Source: Chrysomallon squamiferum | Taxonomy: Eukaryota; Animalia; Mollusca | DNA length: 64,000 nt | Assembly (NCBI GenBank): GCA_012295275.1 | Contig: CM022673.1 | Span: 17,174,001-17,238,000, forward strand | Reading direction: 5' to 3' | Shown: positions 1 to 12,598 of the stretch, piece after piece | How the letters are laid out: each line of letters starts with the position of its first letter | Numbering within the stretch: position 1 is the stretch's first letter | Made by a program: the position numbers and the translations under genes | The notes under the pieces: model-generated | Told to the model about the DNA's origin: nothing | What the model saw: only the letters and a program-made list of their open reading frames with translations | The model's database searches: none

Positions 1-219
1 ACCAAATACATCTAATACTGTAGTGAAATAGCTCATGTTATAGGAAATATGTCATTAGTATTAGAAAGCTGTTACAGTAGAAACATAAATCAACATCAGT
101 ATATTTTTAAATAATTCTTATAAGTAATTTCAATAGAATTTGCCACTAAATGAATTCAATTATCATCTGTTCTTTTTTATTTTTACAATTTATATTAACT
201 GAAAGATTGATGGTTACAG

Positions 220-3200
220 GTTGTCAGTTTAGAAAAACAGTGCCAGTGTTTTGAAGACAACATTGCAAGAGATCGTAACCAGGCTACTGAAAACATACGC
301 AGACTGGAGAATAAATTACGTCAAGTACAAGATCTTCTGTTTGCCAAGATACAGGAGGTAAACAACACTCGTGATTCAAATGTTCCATTAAAAGCAGAAA
401 TTGAAGCTCTGAAGATTATTCTTGAAGAAGAAGAAAGGAGGTTTGTTATATAAGTTTATTATTATTATATGAAAAAAAAAGACAAAAAGTAATTACATGT
501 AACAGTAAATAAATATTTAAATCAAAAGAAAAGTTACTGGTTATTTATAAAACTATATATTTTGATGTATACCAGTTAATTTGTGCCTATCTTAAATGAA
601 TATTTATCTAGCACTAAATTGTAATGATGATGAATAAAGAAACATTAAATATTATAAGTTTTATGGTGTTTTTATATTATTTTTATATTAACAACTAAAA
701 CTGATTAAGGATATTTATGGTGCACGCAACTTTCTGTTTTGTCACCAGTATTGTCTTATTTAGAATGAAAGTATCTTCACATACGTCTTCAAATAAAAAA
801 TTAAAAAAAGAGCTTGAAGTGGTTAAACTGTTGTTCCTGCATAATATGGTGAAAACAAGGAATCCAAACCAAAGAAAGAGGAATATATAAAAAACATCTA
901 AAAAATAAAACGAACCAGAAACAGAAACTGAAAAAGAACATTAAATTAAAATACCTTACTCTGCATGAAAAACCAATGCACTGCTTTATTTTTTATAGTT
1001 CTGTGTTAAGTACTGACACCAATTCAGTAAAAATACATCAGTCAAAATGACTGCTACTATTAAATACATAACTGTTAAAACATTACATTTCTGGCTATTT
1101 ATTTCCAGCTTGATACTTTATTCATACATTTTTCTTTTCAGACTTCAGATGTCTTTAAATTCTCAACCAATGTCAACTTTTTCAAGGACTCAAAAAGTCA
1201 CAAATTCACCATTTGATGGTAACATACCTCTACAGAAGTCAATGATGTATTCATCTTTGCCAGTTACTTCATTTTCGACAGTCGACACGATTAATGGCAA
1301 TACAGAGCCAGTTCAGGCTTCACACTATGCTGCAGCAAACACCACTGAACCTTTTCCATCAGATCAACCTTACCAGCCATATAGTGCTTCACAAGACAGC
1401 ATCGTTTCACCAAGTGGTCCACCTTATCCAGAAATTCAGAGGCGTCTAGATGTTGAAAGACATCCTGGAAGTCCAGGGACATATGAACATGATTTTCCAT
1501 CAACTTATACTCCAATGTTCCTTGACTCTGAAGCACCAGCTCCTGGAATGCAGCCTACATCTAGGTACATGTATGAGAGGACACCTAGTATCAATCGTCT
1601 TCTCATGGCAGATCAGAGTTCACTGGATTCCAACTGTGACTCACCAAGAGACAGTGATGTTTACAATGGAACTATGCGGTCAAAATCTGCACCTGGTAAG
1701 ATTAACAGTCCATTTTATAAAATGAAAATATTCAAAGATGCACTTGAACTATTCAGATACATTTATAACTAAAATACTCAGCTTTCCCTGCAACAGATAA
1801 ACAATTATACTTTTAAAATATTTTTTTATCTGAGTCATGCTAGCTGGGCACTTGTATTAATTCAGATATATCCTTCTGTTTGAGTACCTTCTATTACAAA
1901 TATTGATTTGAAATAAAATTCAAAAGATTTTTATATAAGTAATTACTGAATAATTTGACAATTACAAGTACAAATGCAAGACATTATTAACAAGGGATAT
2001 ATGTAAGTCTTTAGTTTTACAAGAGATATTTTATAATGAAGAGTTATTAAGGTACATCATATTTTAAGAAACTAAACTTTTATTTGTAATAGCAATATTA
2101 TATTTAAACAAACAATTTGTCTTCTTTATTTTATACTGTATTTTAAAGAATTTGTATTCAAGATATGTTGTCATTTCTTTTTATTTAATTTATTTATTAA
2201 CTTTTTAACTTAAGTCCATGCTTCCCCAAGGGAAAATATCCATCTTGTGCCAACTTCACTAGGACAAGGTAGAGACTATTTTGATGAAATGTTTCAAGAT
2301 CTGCAGAGAGAAACCTTGTACACGGCTGTTCGGCCCAAGAGCACTCCACTTGAACGAACCTACAGTACCAGCAGTCATGATTACACCACAGCAACCACCA
2401 GGTAGGTGTCTTTCATGTAATAATTTTAATATAGTGTGTGTGTATATTTTTTATATTTTGTAATCATTGTCTAAGCAGTAAGCTAACATCTTCAATGTAA
2501 TCAATATGGATTCAGTTAATTTGCATTTCAGTTGCTTTCCTGAAATAAAAAAAGATAGAAGATATATTCATCAGAAAAAAGAAAGAAAAAAATACACAGT
2601 AATACCTTGCTTGGTGATCTCCTGTTTAACAATATCCTGCTTTAACAATCTTTGTTTACAAATTATATAAATAGAAATTTAATAGTTAATTGCTCAAAAT
2701 AAATGATACAAATGGGCAAAATGCATGGGTTTTTCATACGTTTTTTATTGAGTCATGTGCTAAAGCTTCCCTCAGCTGTGTTGATCAGTTGACATGCAAT
2801 CATATGTACATATGGTGTTCAGATTCTCTCTTCTCTTCTGCTTCCATTTAGACTTAACACTTTTCTAATTTACCCTTCCAATATGTCAAAATGAATAGAT
2901 AGTATACAGGCAAATGCTGATGATAAAAAGAAACTGAAGACAATAACTTTAGAAACAATATACGATATCTTAAATGAACAGAAAAACGGTAAATCTGCTA
3001 AAGACTAGGCTGCAAAATTTTGTTTGTGTCAATGAACTGTACTGACAATTTTAAACGATAAAGAAAAATATATGAATTAGATTAAAAGCACTCATTAATT
3101 GCAGTCTACGAGGGTGTGAAAAAAAGATTTGGTCAGTTTTATTCCCCTCGTGGAAAGACTTTTGTCAGTATGGATAAGTGATCAAATGCAACAATTAAAC

Positions 3201-6200
3201 ATGCCTATGACTTAAGCTGTCATATGTGCTAAAGTGACAGTGAAGAAACATTTATTGCAAGCTATGGCTGGTTTTATAGATACAAAAAAATGAGCTGGTT
3301 GGTATAATGTAAAAATACAAGGAGAAGCTGCAAGTGCTGATATTTAAGCAGCAAAGTTATTCCTGAAAAATTCAGAAGAAATCAAAGAAGAGCATAATTA
3401 CATACCAGGAATTTTTTTTTAATGTGGATGAAATTGGCCTGCAAGAAGCTACATTGCAAAAGAAGAGTAATCAGTGCCTGGTTTTAAGGTAGCTAAAGAT
3501 AGGTTAAAGTTATTGCTTGGAGGTAATACAGCTGGAGACTGTAAGTTAAAACCCCTGCTTGTGCATCAAGCCAAAACCCCCAGAGCACTTAAAGGCCTCA
3601 ACAAATCTACACTTTCAGTTATATGGAAAACAAATAAAAAAGCTTGGGTTACTGCTTCACTATTTGAAGACTGATTTACACATCACTTTATACCAGATGT
3701 TAAAAAATATTGTGAAGAAAAAATATTTCATTCCATCTGCAACTGCTTGTAGATAATGCACCTGATCATCCATAGAGGAAACTCCTGTTTATGGCTTCAT
3801 TCTGAAAAGGCTCAGCAAAGTGTTTGGACACATTAAAAAAGCAATTGAGATTTTTGAGTCCCAAGATATGAATTTCGAATGAAGCACAAAGGTTGCAGAA
3901 GATCTAATAAATTCTCACACTTGCTATCATGACATTTACAATGAAAAGAAGAAATTGTCTTTGAAGCAAGGAACTCTTGATTCATTTTTCTCACAGCAAA
4001 AACAGATCCCTTCTACTTCAAGTGAACCATATGCAAGTGAGAATGGAATATTGATTAATGAACTCACTATGAGCACCATATAATTATTTCTTAATCTATG
4101 TGTATAAAATAATTTGTAAATAATTTACTGTTTGTTTAACGTCTATGATCTATTAAATCATTTATTTCTAAATTGTTGATTTATTTTTTGTATTTAAAAA
4201 AATTTTCATGTCAGATCTCATCAGTGAAAATGTTACCACTGTTTTTAATCTTAATTCTATCTAACTGTGTGGTGGCATAGGATAACCAGTTGGATGCTGT
4301 GCAATTTAATTTTGAGTTACAGCCTATTAATGCAGAGAAATGTTTTGTGAAAAGACCTAATTCTTTGATACAAAATCTGAAATTATTCTGAAAGTTTTAA
4401 TCTGATTTGGATAATTCAAAAAGTATTTTGATCTGTAGATGGTTTATCTTATTCCATCAAAATCTGAGTTGTGATAATTTTCTCTATGTGATGGTTATCC
4501 TATGCTGCCATACAAATTAGTCTCCTGCTTAACAATACCTCACTTAATGATTGGAAATTTGGAACCAATTACATCATTAAACTGAGGTATTACTGTAATT
4601 CAAATTCAACCCAAGTATTATTTCACTGTATTGATCATCTCCAACCCAATGTACACATAGGTGGCCAGATGGGTTGAAATAATACTGGCAAGTGAAAAAA
4701 ATAAAAATAAAAACATTACTTGAAGCTGTGAATAGATGGTAAATTGCAATGTCACAAATATGTAACATAAAAGTGTCTTTCACAAAACATGCTTCAGGAT
4801 TTTATACTTTCTTTATGTTTTGATATATTTCATTTTTGGTCCTTGTACTTTTTTTTTCTTCTTTTTTTTCTTACTGCTTTTTTATGTATGTTTGTTTTCT
4901 GTTACTCTAACAGAGTGAACATTAGTTTTCTTAAAAGTGACATTAGTGCTGTATGTGTTTACAGGGAGTTATATTTACATGTCATGATAAATTATTGAAA
5001 TGGTTTCTTGTCTTATTTGTACTGTATTATAAAATATGCTGGAAATTTGTATAAAATTGACAAGTGATAAACAAATAAATAGTTTTGCTATTTCCTGGTA
5101 ACTTGTCTATTTTTATGATGTTGATTAATAGTTTCCCTGTTAAATAATACATTTCTATATCCACTTCAGTGTAAGTTAATATTACATACTTAAAAAAGGA
5201 TTTTATTTTGTTGTTGTTTTTCATCAGTTAAAAATAAAATGGTGTCTTACATCATGTAACTAATATTAGAGGCTATAATTATTACAATTTTCTTTTCTGT
5301 CTCAGATTATTATTATAAATAAACATATACTCATAGGGACAAGTTATTATAACACAAATGTATATTCCTTTTGAATGCAACTGAATAAGCTTGAGATCAT
5401 TTGTAATGGATCAACTGTTTCACCTTTGTGTCAGGTATTATCAGAATTAGTCAAGTTTGTACTGTACATTGAGCAAACACTAAAGATATCATACAGTTCA
5501 CAACAAAAGACAACCAAAAACATATCAGATATAATCTGCATAGTAACTGGATTTGTCTTAACTGAGCATTAGTAACATTTAGACTACTGAAAAATTAATG
5601 AGGACAAGTGTTGCAAATTCTTACCTTATTGTGATCTGTGTTTCAGTGTTTCTTGAGATAATATAAAACAATTATATAACTCTTTTTCATGGCTTCTTCA
5701 AAAAGTGCTGTTGGTGACATTAAAATACTTGAGGTTAACCAGGATGGCAAGTTTGTTAGACTGTTCAATGATGGTGCTCAGGTATGAATAACTTGTTATT
5801 TTTCAATTGTCTGAAATGTATAGCCTTTTACAGTAGCAGCCATTTTATGAAATAGCAGTTTAAATATCACAAACATGTATATATATATATATGGCATAAA
5901 CCTTTATTTCATCAATTTCAGAATGGGAACAATTTCTACTTGTAGAACCATATTATTTTCTCATCTAACTAGTTCTCCATTAATATTATCTGGGGAAAAA
6001 ATAAAGAAATGGAACCAATTTCACTTAGAATTTGGTGTTTTTCCTCTACCCTTATTTTATGAGAGGTATACCATATGGGTATCATCATCATCTTCATCAT
6101 GTTTTTTTTGTTAGGAAACTGAAATTGGCTCTTACATGATCCAACAAAATGTTGGTGGTCATCCAGTTGCTGTATATCGGTTTCCACCTCGCACCAAATT

Positions 6201-8915
6201 TGCTGGACATTCAACCATTACAGTACATTCTGGGATGAATGATCCAGTCTTGCATCAGCCTCCAACAGACTTTGTATGGAAGGAACAACAAAAGTGGGGT
6301 ACTGGTCCTGAATGTACCACCATTCTATGTCGACCAAATGGTCAAGCTATTGCATGGACAACTGCTGCTCATCGCTTTACACGCAATCTTTGTGATGATT
6401 TACTAAAAGAACAGCAAGGTCAGTTTTTTACTGTTTCTTTCTTCTTCTTTTTTTAAATTATTATTATTATTATTATTTTTTTTATTATTATTATTTTTTT
6501 TATTATTATTATTTTTTTTATTTGGAGGGGTGAGGGTGACTTGGGAAAGACTGCACATCAAATATATTCTGCATAAAAAGAAAATAATTTAAAAAATTAA
6601 ATTTGTTTCAAGATATAAAATTACCTCACAATTTGATTGGCTGTATGTATGAGTATATTGTCTCAATTATGTTTGCAGAAATTAATTCCAGTGTTAATTA
6701 ATATTAATCATAATAAAATAATCATTTTCAGCCATACCTTTTTAAAAAATGATCTATAAAGTTAAGAGTTATAGATCTTTTGACTTACTTTGTTACTTCA
6801 TTCTTCAGTTAATATAATATTAATGTTTTACAAATCTAAGAGACCATTTAAAACTACAAAAATAGGAGTGTCAAAAGTAATCTAATACTTTTTTGATTCA
6901 TATACTAGTACTGAGTTAACCTGAAGAATTGCTCTGTTGAAAATGTATTTATCGTAAGTGTATTGAATTCAGTCAATTTTAATATACATCATAAACAACA
7001 GAAATTTTAACTACTGCACCTATTATATTACAGTGAATTTGTTAATATGGCTGTCTGGAAAATCAAAATTTATATAAATCGAAGAAACTTTTTCAAAGAG
7101 GTAAATGTATTTTGTATTGCTAGCCGATGATTTCATGCTATTTTTTATTTTGTTTAGGTGATAACACAGAGGAAGAAAGATTAAAGGAAGTAAATATGGA
7201 CAGGACACAACAGGAACCTGTTTATCTGAAGAGGTAACAGATTAATTGTATATCATATGGTTTGTTGCTACAAGGGCTTCCTGTATATATTTTTAAGCAT
7301 ATTTATATAGTAATTAGCATTTGATGGCTTTTAAATAAAAAATTATTGCCAAATCTATTTAACTTTTAAAGCACGTAGTAAAATTGTTTTCTTTAGTTAA
7401 TAATATTTAGAATTAAAAAATTATACATATTACTACTATATAATTAAAAAAATCAAATCAAACAGCATACTTGTACAAACTAAGAAATATGAATGTACAT
7501 GAGATTAATATATAAATGCATATGTTTATATGCAACACAGATGCACCATAAAGACATATTACAGTTCAGAAAGAATATTTTTATTATTCATTTTTGTTGT
7601 TTTGATCAGGGAGAAACAGCAACGACCAACTTTGACCCCAGCACGTTATCCGTATGCTACTTCCATAAGTACACCAACACATCCCCACACAGGACAGGCA
7701 AGACCTCTAGCCATGGGCAATGACAACAGCACAGTCAGCCGACAAAGTAGAGCTCAAACAATGAGGCCAGATCCTATACCAGGTGCAGTTTACACCATCA
7801 TTACTAAACTGTAAAGCAGTAGTTATTATGAAGTAACTGATTGTTACAGCAGTCAAACATGACAAATCAGGGATCAATCCAAACAGTCCCAGACTAACAT
7901 GTAATAATCTACAATGTGCATGTAAAAGATCGACTGCTCTCAGTTGAAAAATGTAGCAGTTTTCTGCAATGGCTTTAAAATATTCATAATTACATTTAAG
8001 TGAATACAATCAGTAGTAATGCAATTATTTTAATTTTGGCACTGAAAATGAATATACATTTTTAGGTCAACCATATGCAGGAGCTGCAGCTCAGAGGATG
8101 GGGAGTGCACCCCTCCGAAAATATGTGGCCAGCCAGAATCCAACTGTTAAAGCTAATGGCTCTCTTGCCAATAAAGCTGTAAGTATCAAAGCTAACTAAC
8201 AAGTAGAATTTTTTGTCTGCTGTGCTTATATTCATGTTTGGTTAAAAAAAAAGACTATAACTAATATCAGAATAAACCAGTTCCACTGTGTGATTTATAT
8301 ATTTTTTTCACAAAAGATATTTTGTGAGTCCTTTCTGTTTTTTAAAGATCATTCAAATGAATTTTATTTTATGTGTTATGTGCTTCTGTGAAGTAAGCCG
8401 TATTTACACTTAAAAAAGTCATAAATCCATTTGCAATTTGTGAAACACCTGTTTTAAATGCCATTACAGAAAATAGAATTAATTTTTAAAGAACATTTAT
8501 TTGATATGTAAATTTACTGTGTATTACTTACTTCATGTATATTTTCTGTCTATTACTGCCTTCATGTAAATTTACTGTCTATTACTTCCTTCATGTAAAG
8601 TATTATGATATATTTTCTAAATGTCATCATTAACTAATTTCAGACTGCAGGTCGTTTTGTGTGATGGAAATATGTTTGTTTATAATTTGCCTCATTAAGT
8701 ATGCAATAAATATTTTATTTTTATAAACAGATGTTCTGTTTCAGTGAAAATTCTTAATTTTTTCGTTTGTTATACATCTGTAGCCAAAATATAACCTGTG
8801 CTCCAAACAGAGTCCAAGGGAATTTAAAATTAATTTTTTCTCGTCACTTAAATGAAATCAGGACACTTATAAGCTGTACAAAAGCAAAAAAACAAAAAAA
8901 CCTCCAAAAACCCCC

Positions 8916-8947
<32 letters not shown>

Positions 8948-11230
8948 AAAAAGAAGAAAATAATAAAAGAACACAATAAAAAAGAAAAGAAAAGAAAGAA
9001 AATAGAAAAGAAAAGAAAAGCAACACACTATGCATATATTTTATTACTTTTTTAACAAATATATTTATGTGAATCACATTCCAACATTTTTAGTTTGACA
9101 GTTGATTAATTTAGTTATATTTAAAATTTCTCTTTAGTATATTTGACCATTGGTAATAACATAAATATTTATAGTAATATACTGGTTATTCTTTGATTTC
9201 TCTTCAATGTTTGCAGCCGAATAACTTCCTGTCCATGTTATTAAATGTAGGATAGTGACAGCGTGAGTAGCCAAATCACAATTACTTTATCCTTTTTAAA
9301 TGAGCTTCTGGGAAAGGACCAACACACATTCAAACTTTTGTTTGTTGTGTTTACTTTGCTTCTTTAATGACATCAAAGTTTCGCTCGCTTCACTACCACA
9401 TGTAACCTGTTGCAAGTCTTAATTTGTTGTTTGAGTAACACAGTTACTGCCCTTGTTCACAGTTTGAAATATCACTAATTAAAGTAATGCTGTTATCCAC
9501 CTTATTCTGGCTGCATGCATTGTTCACAGTACTGACAGTTGAAATCTGGTTTCATTGATGAAGCTATCACTATATTTTTACCCATCACACAAATGCATAA
9601 AGGAATACGTTTGAAAGTTTTGATAAAATAAAATATGATCAAAATTGCATTTTGTAACATCATATGATTTAAAAGTTAGTCATAGTAATAGTTACCTATG
9701 ATAATAGGATTCTTTTAGTATATACATATTCATTAATATTTCATATGGAGAATATAGTCCTTTAACATTTTCTGTCTTGATCAGATATCATAACAATGAA
9801 AAACCTTCAGTGGTGTATTTTAGGCAAACATACACTGTATTATGTCAGCAAATCATTTATAAAAAAAAAATTATAGTCTTAACAAAGAGCAATTTAATAT
9901 GAACAAAACTTTTCCATTTTTCAGTCTGTTCTTTCTATGGATATTTCCAATATATAAAAGGTTTTTTTTTTGTTTTTTAATTATTATTATTACTATTTTT
10001 TTTAGTAGTTGTAAGTGAATGAGATTAGATTTGATGATGCTTCACTTACTGTAGTTTTTCTTTATTTTTATTTTTAAAATAGAAGATAACACAGTAAAAT
10101 GTTAATAGCATAAAATATTTCTACTAATCAAGCAGGGTAAATCAGGGGAGAAATATTTGGATATAATCCTAGTTGTAAATTATGATATTCATAGATTTTC
10201 ACATTTTCTTTTTTATAACAGCAATACTTTTTATTGCTATTAGAATTCGTTGCAAATGTCAACTGTTTACAAAACCAGAAAGAAAAAATAGAACAAAATG
10301 CTGAATTTTTTTAATTTGTTTGTGTGTTGTAGGCAGGCCAAATCCGATATGGCCCACCATCCCCATTTTTGTCTCCCTTACAACAGGAATTTAACAAGGC
10401 TCAAAAGAACAGATCTTCTCTAGTTCGGTTTACAGTCTAGGTCAGTTGGCATCTCATTTACAATTTTTTTTAAAACATCTCTTCTGTATCATGAACTATG
10501 TATGAAAGTTGCTTCAACAAAGTTTGATGTTAGACTTAACTGATACTTAGTCTTGGCCATGCATATGTTTTCTTTGCATGTTCACTTTTCAGTCTGCTTT
10601 CATCTCTGAATTAGCTCAACTGATTTTAAAATGATAATTTCAAAGCAGGTAATACAGACAAAAATGTATTTAATTCTTTCAAACTAATCATGTTTGGTAA
10701 AATGTCATACTGAACATTTTTTAATGTATCAGAATTCTGTGCAAGTAATAGCAATACAGAATTTTTTTTATATTTCATCTTTTAAATCTTGGTAAATCTT
10801 TTAAATTTAATCTTTTGTAAGTAAAGAATAGTTTATTACATAGATTGTATATACATTTAAAATCAGCTGAGTTATTTAAATATTGCACCTTCATTGTTTT
10901 GATATTCTGTGTTCTATTTCCATTATTAACATTAACATACTGTTGTTTTATTTATTATGCAACTGTAGTTTTACAAATGCATTAAATGAAGGCAGTTGCA
11001 TAATAAAGTATTATAAAACAGAACTTTGATGAGAAAGCAAAGACAGACCGCAACATTAACAAAAATAATAATAGAAAATAGAAGAAAAAAAACAGAAAAC
11101 AAAGAAACTATTAATAAGATAAAAATAATTTTCAGTAATGAGAGGTTTCAAGTTTTAACAACAAGATTAACACAAATAACAATAATAATAAAAATAATAA
11201 TAAAATAAAATAATAATAATAATAATAATG

Positions 11231-11262
<32 letters not shown>

Positions 11263-11620
11263 AATATATAATCATCTGTTATTAGTATTTAATTATCAAT
11301 GAGCTATGCAATTATTATAAAATGTGTTTTATATATCAACCATTCTGATTTTCACTATACAAAACTGAAATCATTAATTTGCTTGGTTTCTTGCAGAATA
11401 TTATTATGTTATGACTACCCTTGGACTCTAGTTTTACCAGAATTAATTTTGGCTACATTTTACCAGTTAATGCCTGAAATTTCATTATATTCTTAATAAT
11501 AATTGTTATTGTGTTGAGGAATGGATAAACAAATAGAAATAATTATGACATTCACATCTAATTATTGCCAAGGGGAAGATTTTGGTTGGGTTATTTTTGT
11601 AGTTCATAAGAACAAAACCA

Positions 11621-11654
<34 letters not shown>

Positions 11655-12598
11655 GAACTAAAAGAAAATAAACAACAACAACATCAACAATAACAAAACA
11701 AAACATAAAATAAATAAATAAAAAATTAATAAACATATATAAATATTGCTTTATTTAGTTCTAAAATTTACTTTCTGATAATTTAAAAAAAATAATTCTG
11801 ATCCATTCTTTACTTTGGATAACAATTAGAATTAACATCTAATTTTTATTAATATTATTATTATTATTATTATTAGTTTTTTTTTACATTTTCTCTGTAT
11901 TATTTTAGTTTCTGTTGCACTTTGTCTTTGTTTTATCACCAACTGACTACATTGTGGAGTTGTTTTATTATTATTTATTTTAGTTTTTTTGATGTCTTTC
12001 CACATTTGTACATTATTGCATGCAGTGTTTGTCATGCTAGAGCTATTAATTTTGTTATAACTATTTTTTGAGGTTTAAAATGTTAATTTAGAGTTAACAG
12101 TTTTGTTTGATTTTAGTAGGAAAAATTATTTACAGATAGTAGCATTTTTGTTTCAATTGTCTTATTTTTTTTTATTTTTTTTTTTCCTGTGATTTTACAA
12201 CTAATTTGTAAATTTTATAAATATCTTTGGACAAGAATATTGCAAAATAAAATTTGATTTCTTTGCTGCATGTGGAGGAGAGAGAGAGAGAGAGAGAGAG
12301 AGTGTGTGTGTGTGTCATTTATAAAATATATAAAAATAAATATGGACAAAAATATGAATTTTTACTTATTTAGCTAACACTGAATTAAATATATAACAAC
12401 TATATTGAAATACAATTTAATAATTTATTTTTGTTCACTTTATTTTAGGAACAAGTTCCTGGTCAAACATCACCACCACCAAGCCCTTTTATGAAGCCAC
12501 ACCATCGGAAGGATGTTGGTCTTCGACAGGTACAGTCTCAACACAACACTGACTATGCACCACCCATGCCTAGACCACCACTCTTCTCTGCATGGTAA
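220..12598 (+). CDS. LMNTD1: Lamin-tail-domain-containing (LMNTD1/IFLTD1-like) intermediate-filament-related protein, 5'-partial, multi-exon
   Basis: Hand-spliced, phase-compatible GT-AG exons: 220-440 (coiled coil ending LKAEIEALKIILEEEERR, resembling the IF coil-2B end), 1142-1695, 2215-2401, 5706-5781 (SAVGDIKILEVNQDGKFVRLFND), 6115-6418 (IQQNVGGHPVAVYRF..HQPPTDFVWKEQQKW..TILCRPNGQAIAW, typical of the LMNTD1/2 lamin-tail domain), 7158-7233, 7610-7782, 8066-8178, then terminal exon 12449-12598 (…PPMPRPPLFSAW*) or 10333-10440. LMNTD1 vs LMNTD2 orthology is not resolvable. Confidence 0.82.
1142..1695 (+). CDS. Ser/Pro-rich linker exon of the LMNTD-like gene
   Basis: Acceptor ttttcag at 1141, donor G|gtaag at 1696; open frame is the core of ORF 1047..1772; phase 2 start matches the exon ending at 440. 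Confidence 0.8.
2882..3790 (+). pseudogene. Tigger-type DDE transposase pseudogene
   Basis: ORF fragment 3474..3674 plus flanking motifs in different frames with in-frame stops. Confidence 0.85.
4266..4514. repeat. ~250 bp segment bounded by 23-bp inverted repeats (possible nested MITE)
   Basis: tgtgtggtggcataggataacca (4266-4288) vs tggttatcctatgctgccataca (4492-4514): 20/23 complementary. Confidence 0.55.
5706..6418 (+). CDS. Lamin tail domain exons (5706-5781, 6115-6418)
   Basis: Lamin-tail Ig-fold motifs GDIKILEV..GKFVRLFN, YRFP, TITV, HQPPTDFVWK..WGTG..TIL..NGQ; splice phases consistent. Confidence 0.9.
10333..10440 (+). CDS. Alternative (probably terminal) exon of the LMNTD-like gene, AGQIRYGPPSPFLSPLQQEFNKAQKNRSSLVRFTV*
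   Basis: Acceptor ttgtag at 10332, phase 0 matches the donor after 8178; GC-richer than flanks; shares PPSPF with the 12449 exon. Confidence 0.55.
   Translation, partial: AGQIRYGPPSPFLSPLQQEFNKAQKNRSSLVRFTV
10898..11990 (+). repeat. Segment B (LMNTD intron), source of the inverted copies B'
   Basis: Reverse complement found at 19370-20469 and 29349-30445 (ORF 11299+ equals 19868- and 29846-). Confidence 0.95.

Larger units (their letters stand above)
2597..4595 (+). mobile_element. Decayed Tigger/pogo (Tc1-mariner superfamily) DNA transposon within an LMNTD intron
   Basis: TIRs CAGTAATACCT (2597) / AGGTATTACTG (ends 4595, followed by TA). Interrupted transposase: KKKLKTITLE (CENP-B-type HTH start), FNVDEIGL, PGFKVAKDRLKLLLGGNTAGDCKLKPLLV..WKTNKKAWVT, LLVDNAPDHP; many stops, frameshifts and an internal deletion. 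Confidence 0.9.

Noticed and set aside
1047-1141. N-terminal signal/TM-like segment of ORF 1047..1772
   Set aside because: It is the intronic polypyrimidine tract upstream of the acceptor at 1141.
9217-9270. Additional LMNTD exon (PNNFLSMLLNVG*)
   Set aside because: Good acceptor but very short, with no independent support; left uncalled.
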